The translations under genes were made by a program, and so were the position numbers. This document shows positions 1 to 12,000 of a stretch of DNA of 64,000 nucleotides, piece by piece. Source of the DNA: Bilabrum cf. latius (lineage: Eukaryota); contig OZ237740.1 of assembly GCA_965178125.1 (NCBI GenBank), positions 1,240,001 to 1,304,000 on the forward strand, given 5' to 3'. The first letter of the stretch is position 1. Every line of letters starts with the position of its first letter. Under the pieces are notes generated by a model. It worked only from the letters and a program-made list of their open reading frames with translations, had not been told where the DNA came from and made no database searches.

Positions 1-3000
1 TTGCACTCGAGCACCAGCGGCTTGCATCGATTGGAGTTCATAGGAGGATTTCCGTTCGCGGAGTCCTTGAGTGCCTTGCTGGATGAACGGAGACGATCGA
101 ATAGGCCAGATGGTGGGAGGGAGCGGAGATCCTCAGGTGCGGCAGAGCGCGCCAACGAATTGCTAGAACATTTTGACTACATGCAGAGGCTGGCATCCAC
201 TGGCGCAGAGGACGCTCCCAATGGTCTTGGACGAGGCAGGCCTCCACGGCGACAAAATGCGGTTAGGTCTTTCGTGCCCTCAGCGAGTCAACAAAGCTCG
301 TCGATGCCGGGCACCTCCAGCGTACCGGTCCGCCGAGCTGCATCGCGTCGCCGGCCCAAGCAGATGCTTTTGCGGTTTGGTCATCACTCTTCCAGGCTTC
401 CTGGTACCCGGTCAGGCAGTCGCGCCGACCAGGGCTCACAGCTTAGTGATATAGTCCCGCATGGTACGCTGCCGTGGAAGACTAGTACCAATACGAGATT
501 TTCGCGTTCAGACCCCAGCCTGTACTCACCGCTTGCTCTCGGGACCTAGTTTCGTTTGGCGGAGGCGTATGCAGCTGCAGGCAGGCGGCTCCCGCGTGGT
601 GATCAGGCAGCTGCTGCGGTACCTCCAGCATCCCAGTTGATCGATCACATCATGACAGTGTTGCAATCGATCCTGGTCGACGGCATTTAGGATGGCTCCT
701 CGGTTGCAGGACAAGCAGCTGCTATGCTTCGGCAAGTGTCAGCGTCTTCGACTTCGCTTTCGACCGGCACTTTGTCGCTTCTACTGCTGGCTTTGCTTGG
801 CGACAAAGGCGGCCTCACGCTCTCTGCTGCAAAGAAAGCCGTGCTCGAATTCGGCGGCACAAAGTTGAGTGACTCACCGCTCGCAGTTGCGGAAGCCATT
901 CTTTTCGGATCTAAGCATAACGGCAATACTAGCTCCTGTGACGATTCCTTGGATGCAATTCTGGAAACAGATACCATGGATCAAACGATGATTTTGTATC
1001 CTGGTCCTATGTTCGACCGATCGGCACTGCCGGCATCCATTCTTACAGCCCAATTCAAATATGCAGGTGCAGTAGAGAAGATTGAATCTGGTGGCCTGGG
1101 CTTTGAGCGTGCACGTGTCTGGCCACCACTAGCGCTCACAAATGGTACTGCAGGTATAACCGGGGGTGTTCCATTGGTACAGATACATGGATCCACTGCA
1201 GTGGCATTGCAGAGTTGCGAGCGTGCAGCTCAGCGACTGGCACCGGCCTTGCCTGTTGCCAACACCGGCAGCAAGTCTCCGGCAAAACTGTCAAATAGCG
1301 CATAGTGGAGCTCCCGGTGGCTAGTTGATGCCATGGCGGGCAGTTTGCAAAGCGTGTCTTCTGCTGTTGCTCTCGGTGTCTTCTACCGGAGAATTACGGT
1401 ACAATCAAACGATCGCGTTGCGTTACTAGGATCGCCAGACTCCTCGTGGGATGGCAAGCAGCCGATGCTCTTTGATGGTTGTTTCGCTCAAACTGCATTC
1501 TGTCGACAGGCATCTGTGTTGCCGGAATCCTTGCAGGACGCTGCTTTGCGTGATATGTCCGGCCTCATGATGGCGCGACGCTGGTACTGTCGCCACTAGC
1601 CGGATGATGATGGGCGCAGAACCAGATTCAGGGGTGGAGACGAAGCAGAGCTGTTTGTTTGTAGGCATGACAGGTTCTAGCCAGCGCGATTGGGCCTTGC
1701 ATTGACTAATCCTACCGCTGGAGACAGTGCGCCAAAGTTTGATGCAGATGAACCTGCTGAGCGCGCAGGAATACTGGATGCGCCGCTCGAGTACGGCACG
1801 TCCATTCTGCGATGTGTGGAGGCAGACCTTGAATGCAAGCTTCTTAGTACGAGTGTACAGGATCGCTTGAAACTCGCGAGGCAGCCCCTAACTGCACTCA
1901 GTGATACCTCTCCTGGGTCTAACAACTTTCTCGCGAACCTTCAGAATCGGGCAAAGATTCGTGTGCGCAGGTCTCGTCTCTCTCGATTCTTAGGCAGAGA
2001 GCAGCTGGCAAAACCTAGTGGCGCCACAGCGAACGAGTTTTCACCGACTGAACTAGGTACGCACTAGGCCAAGTCAAGCATGAGTCGTTCGCTTGAATCG
2101 CATCGGGTATTCATTCGTTCGCCTGGCACCGTGCACCAAGCATCCGCGAGGAGTCAACCTCCGATTCAGCCGACGCCATGGAAGCATTTTGTGAAAGTGC
2201 TGGAGCAGCATGTTAGCTCAGACGATTCTGCGATGGAGATACGCCGAATTTGGCTTATTGGAGCAACTCGGCAGGCGAATCGCAACCTAGTCTCGCTGGA
2301 AGATCCAAACCATGTCGCCCTCGTGTTCTCGGACTGGAATGTGCTACAGCAGAAGCGTTTGCACACTGGGTGGACGAGCTCCAGCGACGCGCTGGTTGGG
2401 GTGAATCAAGGGACAGCAAAGGGCAATAAGATGGGTGCAAAGGCCGATCTCGATGCAATTATGTCTGGGTCCTTCTAGCACCATCGCGAGCCTTCGCTAG
2501 CAAGGGCAGGTTCAATGCTGCTCCAACGAGAGACTGCCCCGAGTGACGGCGTTGCTGGATCTTTGTGGTCATGGGGCGCTTGCAAGGAAAGGTAGACTGC
2601 CATACTGCAGTCTCTGAACCCATCAATTCCTTTCGATGGTGTGGAATTTGACTACTCTGTATAGCCTCGTATTGGCAGCGTTCTTGCTCGCGTCGGCTTC
2701 GCTCCTCAGTTTGTCGTCGCGCCATCTATTGTTGACGATTCCGCCACAACGAGGTCTCTTGCCTCTGTGGAGGATTATCAGCGCGTTTTTACCGCTTCCG
2801 AAGTCCGTCGCCTTCGCGTTGATACAGCAACTGCTGAGATAGCCGGAATCAGGGCTTTGTTGCGAAAGCATGACCCAGCAGTGAAGCCTCTAGTGCAAGC
2901 GTCGATGCATAGCAGCGCCCATGAAGATGTGGCCGGGAGTGCGCATGCAACGAAGCAGCCCGAGGCTCGCTTCGTGGCCGCACAGTTTGCAGCTATCAGT

Positions 3001-6000
3001 GACACGGCAGGGGGAGCGGCCCTGGCGGCACCACTGCAACGGTTACATCAGGCTTGCCGCGATCTTTGGGAGGAGAAACGCGGGTCTATAGCTGCCGGAT
3101 AGGGCGGATACGCTGCCGTATCTGCGATTCAAGCCCTGAGAATGATTTCTTTTGGAAGTCTGCCCGGAGCTCTGCCCGGCATTGAACAGCTGGCATTGCG
3201 ACCTGGGTAGCACTTGTTGAGGATTCCTTCTCCCATTGAAGCCCTTCGCATTTCGCCAGCGTCGCTTGTTAACTATCTTGGACGACCTCGCGTTTATTTC
3301 TTGGCAAAAGCATCGAATCTGCTGGGGCATCTATGCAGTACTGGAGCTATCCTATACCCCGGTGGATCGCTGTCATTTCTCAGTACCGTGCTACGCGTGC
3401 TTGGTTTTGGTTTTGCTGTCCATGAGGCTCAATCCCGTTGTCTGTAGCACTTGGATTCTATCAGCTCCACATGCGCGTCGTCAGCCGGAGCTTTCTCGGA
3501 TGAGTCCGCAGGGTCGTCACTTGCTTCGGATACCAGCTCAGCAGCACGCACAGGCAAGTACCTTGGAATTGTAGTCGACGGCGCACCCGTTCTGGCTGCA
3601 GGCCTGTGTCGCGTCACATCTCATCATGTTTCAGCGTTTTCCTCTTAGATGAGGACCAGGCAGCACGAACTTAGCCCTGCAAACGTAAAGTTGAAAGCCA
3701 TCGCCCGATACATGGAGGCGCCTGGCTTGATCGCTGCCTTAGATTGTCTCTTGCTGCAGCTTCACGTGCACACGCGCGCGTCATTGGATGGCGCTGCCTA
3801 TGAGAGCATGCTTCCACGCCAACTGGCTTCGGAGTGTACCACGGGGATCCAGGCCATGTTCACAGCTGATGCATGGAGCACCGCCGCTGGCGAAGTTAGC
3901 AAAGCTGCTGCGTCTCGCACGCCAGCTGATTCCATTCATTCTTGGCTTTGTACTTCTGCAGAAGTCGTTGGGCGGCTTCGATCGAATCTGATCAAATACC
4001 GCGAGATAGTCTTGGCACCCGTGCTTCGTGCGACCCGGAAGGGCTTGACTTTAGTTGAAATCAAGTGTGGCGAGTCCAAGGCGGTGCGAGTCCCCTACTC
4101 TGCGATCCCTGCGCTAGTCGAAAGTGACGAGAAACCAACGTAGCCACTCATTGAGAGTAGTGCTGCAGCACCCGTTAGTGTTGCAGCACCATCCAGCGGC
4201 GAAGGTATCCGCATTTCCGAGTCGGGCCTCGTGTCGTTGAGTCAGCAAGCACTTCTGGTCAACGACGCCTTGAAAAAGCTGTACCCTTCAAATCGTGCTA
4301 GCAGCGACAAGGACGGTGCAATAGCAACACTACCTACTCACTCGTCAGTTGTGGAGGAGCTGCTGGTAGACGGAACAAGTCGCCGTGAAATACCTACATC
4401 CGATCTGCTTGCAGTTCGCAGACTCGGGGGCATCAATAATTTCGAGAGGACTATGCAGGTGCAGGCAATCGACCAAAGCGGCATCCGAGCAGGAGATTCA
4501 TCGTAGTACAGCCGCAATTTTGCCCCTGGCACTCGGCACTCCCCCATGTTCGGACTAATGGGCATGCTTCGCAGTTTCGGGCGGGCCGGTGCATAGCTGG
4601 TGTCCACAATCAACGAAGCCGCTAGCTAGGCAGCCGATCGTTTGCAGCTCGGTGCTGGAGATGACCTGATCAGACCTGGAGATTCAGAAGAGAGAGAGTC
4701 TGGTTCTGGAGTTGATCGAACGCTAGATAGGGCACGGAGAGCAGTCCGGGAAGCTGCTGGCTTGCTAGGTGCCGCCGACGGTCTTGAAGAGGTCGATAGC
4801 GACAGCGACACTGATCACATGTTTGGACCTCTTGACTGGTAGAGTCAAATAAATCGATTTAGGCCTTTTTCAGATGCATCGTCCCCTGTTAGAGGTGTGC
4901 CAAGTATAGCACAAGTACCTGCGGAAGTCCATACAGGGCCATAGTCTCCAGCTAGCGTCCCTGGACGTAATGGTTTGACTGAGTCCGACGCTGAGCCATT
5001 CAGTATTGATCCTTTGCCGCTGCAACTACAAGACCCGGGTGCTTAGAGCGCCGAGAGGCCGCAAGCCGACATTGATGACGCCGCAATGCTTTTGTCAATA
5101 TCACAGGACGATGGATTGGCTAATCTGAATATACCTGCACACTAGATTGATCATTACTTTGTGCCCCAGATGCCTGTTTTTGAGCGGCCATAGCGCCCGC
5201 TTACAGTGTCCCCGTCGGGCAGAGCGACATTAGAACGATTAGACTCTTAGTCAAGTGGCCTGGGAGATGCGGGTGCAGGGTCCTCGTCGAGCGGTCCGGG
5301 AGCTGCAGGTGCAGGGTCCTCGTCGAGCGGTCCGGGAGCTGCAGGTGCAGGGTCCTCGTCGAGCGGTCCGGGAGCTGCAGGTGCAGGGTCCTCGTCGAGC
5401 GGTCCGGGAGCTGCAGGTGCAGGGTCCTCGTCGAGCGGTCCGGGAGCTGCAGGTGCAGGGTCCTCGTCGAGCGGTCCGGGAGCTGCAGGTGCAGGGTCCT
5501 CGTCGAGCGGTCCGGGAGCTGCAGGTGCAGGGTCCTCGTCGAGCGGTCCGGGAGCTGCAGGTGCAGGGTCCTCGTCGAGCGGTCCGGGAGCTGCAGGTGC
5601 AGGGTCCTCGTCGAGCGGTCCGGGAGCTGCAGGTGCAGGGTCCTCGTCGAGCGGTCCGGGAGCTGCAGGTGCAGGGTCCTCGTCGAGCGGTCCGGGAGCT
5701 GCAGTTGCAGGGTCCTCGTCGAGCGGTCCGGGAGCTGCAGGTGCAGGGTCCTCGTCGAGCGGTCCGGGAGCTGCAGGTGCAGGGTCCTCGTCGAGCGGTC
5801 CGGGAGCTGCAGGTGCAGGGTCCTCGTCGAGCGGTCCGGGAGCTGCGGGTGCAGGGTCCTCGTCGAGCGGTCCGGGAGCTGCAGGTGCAGGGTCCTCGTC
5901 GAGCGGTCTGGGAGCTGCGGGTGCAGGGTCCTCGTCGAGCGGTCTGGGAGCTGCAGGTGCAGGGTCCTCGTCGAGCGGTCCGGGAGCTGCAGGTGCAGGG

Positions 6001-9000
6001 TCCTCGTCGAGCGGTCCGGGAGCTGCAGGTGCAGGGTCCTCGTCGAGCGGTCCGGGAGCTGCAGGTGCAGGGTCCTCGTCGAGCGGTCCGGGAGCTGCAG
6101 GTGCAGGGTCCTCGTCGAGCGGTCCGGGAGCTGCAGGTGCAGGGTCCTCGTCGAGCGGTCCGGGAGCTGCAGGTGCAGGGTCCTCGTCGAGCGGTCCGGG
6201 AGCTGCAGGTGCAGGGTCCTCGTCGAGCGGTCCGGGAGCTGCAGGTGCAGGGTCCTCGTCGAGCGGTCCGGGAGCTGCAGGTACGCAGTCGTCAAGTATT
6301 TTGCTTGACTCCGATCTAGAGGCAAGAGCTCGCCCTGTTCCGGAGCTTGACTATTCCATACTCCCGCATTTGGATCCGGAGAGTCAAGTCATTGCGATGC
6401 AGAACTACTCTGAGTAGCTTGCACAAGTTGAACGCCACAATGAGTCGCTTCGCGCTTTGCAGCGGTCACGAAATATTCGTCGGGCTGTTTTAAGCGGAGT
6501 CGCAGATCTTTCGGCCAGTTATGACAATGCGGGCGATGCACCCGCACCCGCACCCGCACCCGCACCGGCACCGGCACCGGCACCTGCGCCTGCAGCAAAC
6601 GCACAAGCCGCCGCCAGCTCGAGCTCCGGAGGCGATGCACCGGCACCGGCACCGGCACCGGCACCTGCAGCAAACGCACAAGCCGCGGCCAGCTCGAGCT
6701 CCGGAGGCGATGCACCCGCACCGGCACCGGCACCGGCACCGGCACCAGCGCCTGCAGCAGATGCACAAGCCGCGGCCAGCTCGAGCTCCGGAGGCGATGC
6801 ACCGGCACCGGCACCGGCACCGGCACCAGCGCCTGCAGCAGATGCACAAGCCGCCGCCAGCTCGAGCTCCGGAGGCGATGCACCGGCACCGGCACCGGCA
6901 CCGGCACCAGCGCCTGCAGCAGATGCACAAGCCGCGGCCAGCTCGAGCTCCGGAGGCGATGCACCGGCACCGGCACCGGCACCGGCACCAGCGCCTGCAG
7001 CAGATGCACAAGCCGCGGCCAGCTCGAGCTCCGGAGGCGATGCACCGGCACCGGCACCTGCAGCAAACGCACAAGCCGCGGCCAGCTCGAGCTCCGGAGG
7101 CGATGCACCGGCACCGGCACCGGCACCGGCACCGGCACCGGCACCTGCGCCTGCAGCAGATGCACAAGCCGCGGCCAGCTCGAGCTCCGGAGGCGATGCA
7201 CCGGCACCGGCACCGGCACCGGCACCGGCACCAGCAGCTGCTGCTGAGTCCGCACCCTCAATGGTTGGAGGTATAGACGTTGGGTTCTTGCAGTATCTGC
7301 CTCGAGAGGCACAGATTGATGCATTGTCGAATGTGCGGCGTGACGATATTCAGAGTTTACCCCCAGAACTGCGTTCGATTGGAACTCAGCTGCGGCAAGA
7401 GCTTGGGCTTCCCAGCGACTTCGAAGGGAGTGTTGTTGAATTTCGACTCAGACGACATTCGGCACGCATGCAGCGCAATGCCATTGGGCGGCCGCGTCAG
7501 CGAGCTAGCAGATCCTCTCAGAATGCATCTCGTTCGCATCCAGAACGCTTTGGTGTTGATTAGGGCTTGACCAGCGAGTAGCTGGCAGATCCATTTGGCT
7601 GGATTGCTCGACCTCGGCCGACTCCGGTGCAGAAAGTTGAGGACGCACTGATGGAGAGGGTGCGTCGCCGCCCTGGCACGCCATCACAGCATTTGCAGGA
7701 TGCCATGGAGAAGTTCTAGTCTGTTCCAAACTAGAAATCACTGAAGCCTGGCGCCGAACAGAGCATTAGGCAGTTCCTTGAGAAGGAGTGTCACGCGGTG
7801 ATCGAGTCAGCGGTGAGGCGCTTGCGGCGCACCAGACCAACTCAATCGACTGAGCTGGAGCGCCGCAACCGCGATAGAGTTGAATTTTTGTTCCGGTCAC
7901 TGCTGCAAGGCAGGACAGATGTATCAGGGCCGGGAAATAGATAGTACAAGCATGCGGTGTGGTTCCTCACTACCGGTGAAGCGAGACCGACCCGCACCAC
8001 GCCTTCACACATGCGTCGCATGGCGCAAGCGTTGGCCCAGTAGGACGAGATGCTGCTGCGAAGAGCGCAAGCTCGCTTTAGCTAGCATTTGAGCGCAGCA
8101 CCTTCTAGCTCCCCTCCACTTGGACTTGGCCAGCTTGCCCCAGCATCCATCAATGCCATGGATCCCGTGAATGGAACTCACGCCCTAGTACAGGGTCTCA
8201 GCAGCACGAAGTCTCGAGAGGGCATACCAATGATTCCTGTGATGCGCTGCTTAATCCGACTGCCGCTGGGCTCTCCGCTGGTTGCATTGCAAGTAGGTCA
8301 AGCAAATCCATTCCGAAGCACGGACCTGGTGCAGCGATTGAACGTCGGCAGCGGCCAGGGGGCCACCGACACCGCCCACCCTCACCTTGGCGTCGTGCAT
8401 CCAGCGGTGGAGGTCTCGGAAGTTGTTGCACTGTGGCACCGGAACCGCACGAACGATGCCACGTGGAATCCAGCATTTGACCCTGCCTACAAGGCTGGTG
8501 GGCACAAGAAACCGCTGCGATTCGGCTCCGGGTACATTTACAAAGCCAACGAGAACCAGCCCCCCAATGACCCCAGCGCCGAGGGTGCCGTGGTTGTGTT
8601 CACGCCGCCCCCGCTGCTGCACAGCGGACTGCCAGCCGAGTACGAACTCTCCGCCAGAGGTGTTGGCTGTGCTACAGACAAGCAGTAGCTATTGGTGTCC
8701 GAAGCTGACGAGAATCTGCCTGTATGGTGCACCCCCTTGACCCGGGATAGACATGTGATTGGCAATCTGATTCCACAATCTATGCGTACAGCCACCGCTC
8801 GACGACGGCCTGTCCTGGAGGCAGCCACGTACGATCCCGTTGCCGCACCAGGTACGCGTAGGGCGTTGTAGCTCCCATTAATTGAGTACAGGAGCGGTGT
8901 TTCATACGCAATGGAGGACTATGACAGCGCTCGGTCTGCTGAAGATGCCGTAGCACTGATGTCCACCTTTTCTTTTGCCGCCTATTGCGTAGACCGCGCG

Positions 9001-12000
9001 GCGAGTTTGACGCAGGTCGACGACAGAGATGCATTCATGGAGGTGTCAGCGATTTGCCGGATGGCACTCCAGCAACTTGACGCTACGACAGCGTATCCGA
9101 GCCAAGACGACATATCGGAGATGCGAAGATGTGCTAGAATGGCCCTTCAGGGTCTGGCGAGAAGTCGTAGATATAGGGGTACAGTACACAGCTCCATGGT
9201 AGGTGCACTTAGGGCACTCTCTGGCATGCCGGTGGAGGGACCTGTTCCTTTCGCACCGACACCTGGGAATACCCAGCGATTGTAGTGGCTATAGGCGTTC
9301 TTTCACCCTGTTGCCCGCGCACAAAGCAGCCTTGTTGCATGCATGGGAACTGGGACGGCTGCAGCCCTCACGCAGGCCGGGCTGGCTTTCTCCGAGGCCG
9401 CAAGTGTCGCAGCCGCAGGAGCCCTGGAACTGCGCAACGAGCGAGGTCCTGACCCCAACAGCTCGAATTCTTCGCGGCGTGCAACTGCCCGCTGTGCCCA
9501 CCCGTACGCCCAAACCGCAGTGGCAACTGCGCTCATCGAGGCGATGCAATACTAGCCATATGCAGGTGCTGCGATGCTCTCTGCGCCCATTTCACAAGAG
9601 TGTAAGCAACTAGAGCAGTACGAGGCTACTGCGGGGCTGAGCGGTCGATCCAGGGTCCCCTCAGATCCATCGGACCGAGAGGCTCCGACCAAGAAGCGCA
9701 GGATTCAGGATGACAATGCATTACTCAGCCCAGCGGCCAAGCCAGTCAGGAGTGGAGGCTCGCAGCGGCAGCGACTTCCGGGCATTGAAGATTCCTTGGA
9801 TCTTTTGCAGTGCGTCAATGACGAGGTCTCGCTCAGTGATCCATCTGATTGGAAGTCGCACCCGAGCTTTATGATCCAGCTGATTAAGAGGTCCACAGAG
9901 GGGCTCCGTCCGATTTAGGAGTTTCTTGAAATGGACAGACGGCGGCGGGCGCGAGACTACCAGCTTGTGCTATAGCTGCGAGGTCTCTTGCAGCTCATTG
10001 CACGACGCATTTCGGCTTACGAGCAGCCTTCTGCTCTAAGTAGTGCTGTGTCGTCGCAGCCGTCCATGCCTCCGTCTGCTGGCTCGTCTTCCAGCCAGGA
10101 CGCCTCAGAGCTGGCTTCGTCGCGTCAGGATTTTACGCTGACTGCCCAAGAGGAGGCAACATTTGCTGGTCTCCTGACTCAATTCTAGGCCCTTGGAGTC
10201 GTGATTCCGGAAGACCTCGTGGCTCCAATCCGGTTGTTGGCCCGCACCATGATCTGGAAACAACGCAAGGCACGGCACGAAAGGCTTAGGCGAGCCCGAA
10301 TTGAGCTGCTGCGAGCACGCGGGTAGTAGATCTAGGTCCCCTAGGCTGCTATGGAGGATGATGGTATCGACGCTAGTGGATCTGCAAAGGATGGGGCTTC
10401 GACCAAAAGCGTATTGAATGCCCCCAAACCGGGGGGAAACGCAGCAGACAAGGCAGCAGACATCGGATAGAGTGGTCCGATGGCCAAGTCCGAAAGCTCT
10501 AGCGATCTGCAACTTGATGCTGCGTTGAACAATGACGATAGCGATTCGTCTGGGTGCGAGGAGGTGCTTGCCGGTACGGATGAGATACTGTTCTCGTACG
10601 TTCCCGCTGGGTTAAAGCGAAATCGGATTCGTCGATGGATATGGCAGTCTCGCATGGATGCGAGAGATGCGGTACTGCGTCAGGCTGTTGGTCCTGAGTC
10701 TGCCGTTGATCCAGAAACGGGGTCTGCGCCGATACCTGGTGCCGCTTCAATCTCCAAGGTGGACACCAGCGAATCAGGGGCAGCACCTATGACTGACGAC
10801 GACGTGCCGTCCAAGGGCAACGGGTCGTCTGGTGCGGCTTCCGTTGGCACCGCGATCTCTTTGCCGACGGAAATGGATGCGTCATCTAGTTCAAGTGCAT
10901 TTGATACGCCCACAGACAAGTAGCTCGGTTTTGCGAGGAAGAAGAATCTGGCCGACGCGCCAAGCTCGCACGTGGTTATGCTTGGAACTGACCGCGTGTT
11001 GCGGTTCTGGTGGGAACCGCGCCAAGGGTACCTGCCTCGCTTGGAGCAGACCATAAAGCGAGCGAAAGCACCCACAGAGTACAAGGGACCGCAGCCTACT
11101 GATCTGCCACCTACGAGTGAGATTGCCGTCGGATTGCCCCGTGGTGTACTGATTCGGCGCGCCTCAACGCACCTCCGCTGGCACCAGCGACACGGCGTAT
11201 GTCCTATCTGCGCCAACATGCCTTCGGTCCCGCTGGACTATTCCAGGGTGTCCAACAACTTTGACTGCCACTGTACCAGTCGCCATTAGGAATCCAGCGA
11301 GCATGGCGGGTTCCACGGCGGCTATCGGCCTCGCGAGGTCGACATGATCCTGCGATGGGACAGGGAAGCGGAGCAGGCGGCCTCAAGCACCAAGCCTGCC
11401 TCGGGCGCTGGCAAGGCTAGCGGGGTCTATGCTAGTGCAGGCACCGCTGCTGTGATCTCGGAAACGAGCACGACCGGGCTTGCAGGTGATGGTGACGTCA
11501 CGAATCCATTTTCGGTTGCGGCCGGAAGTCCTCTCGCTGATCCTATCACAGGCTCAGCATCAATGTACGATCCGTTGCGGGCTGCGCAGCCCCTGATCAG
11601 ACCCTCAATTTCACAGACAGTGCTGCCACTAGATGTGTTTGAGGGCAAACCAGTGAGTAGTTGGCCTTTGCAGAAGCGAGCCAGGGCTCTCCTGCGGGCG
11701 CGCGGGGCAGCCGAGGCGTGCGCCAGGACTGTGCGTCGGACTGGGCGGCCCACGGAACTCCCGTGGTCCCCAGGTTCTTTCATTGCATCTCCGCCCGATA
11801 TTTCTCAGCGGGGCCTTGCGCAGCTCGTGGGGTATATTGTCAGGAACCCCAGCGAAGCGTGGCCCGAGCAGCCCGCGCATGTTGTCGTCAGACGACTTGC
11901 TGCTGTTCCTGCCAACCGGCGCAGGCTGAGGCGACTTGTGTTCTTTGCAGCCTTGCTTGTCGGCCGACGGGTGCTCGATAGGCTGCTCGAGTCTATCAAT

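Noticed and set aside
5260-6283. 36-nt repeat as a CRISPR array
   Set aside because: Head-to-tail units with no unique spacers, in a coding frame, in eukaryotic context with no cas genes.
5201-7324. ORFs 5201..6325(-), 5255..6319(+), 6389..7324(-), 6490..7167(-) and 6521..7276(+)
   Set aside because: Alternative frames of the repeats. Frame +1 is continuous with the HECT gene.
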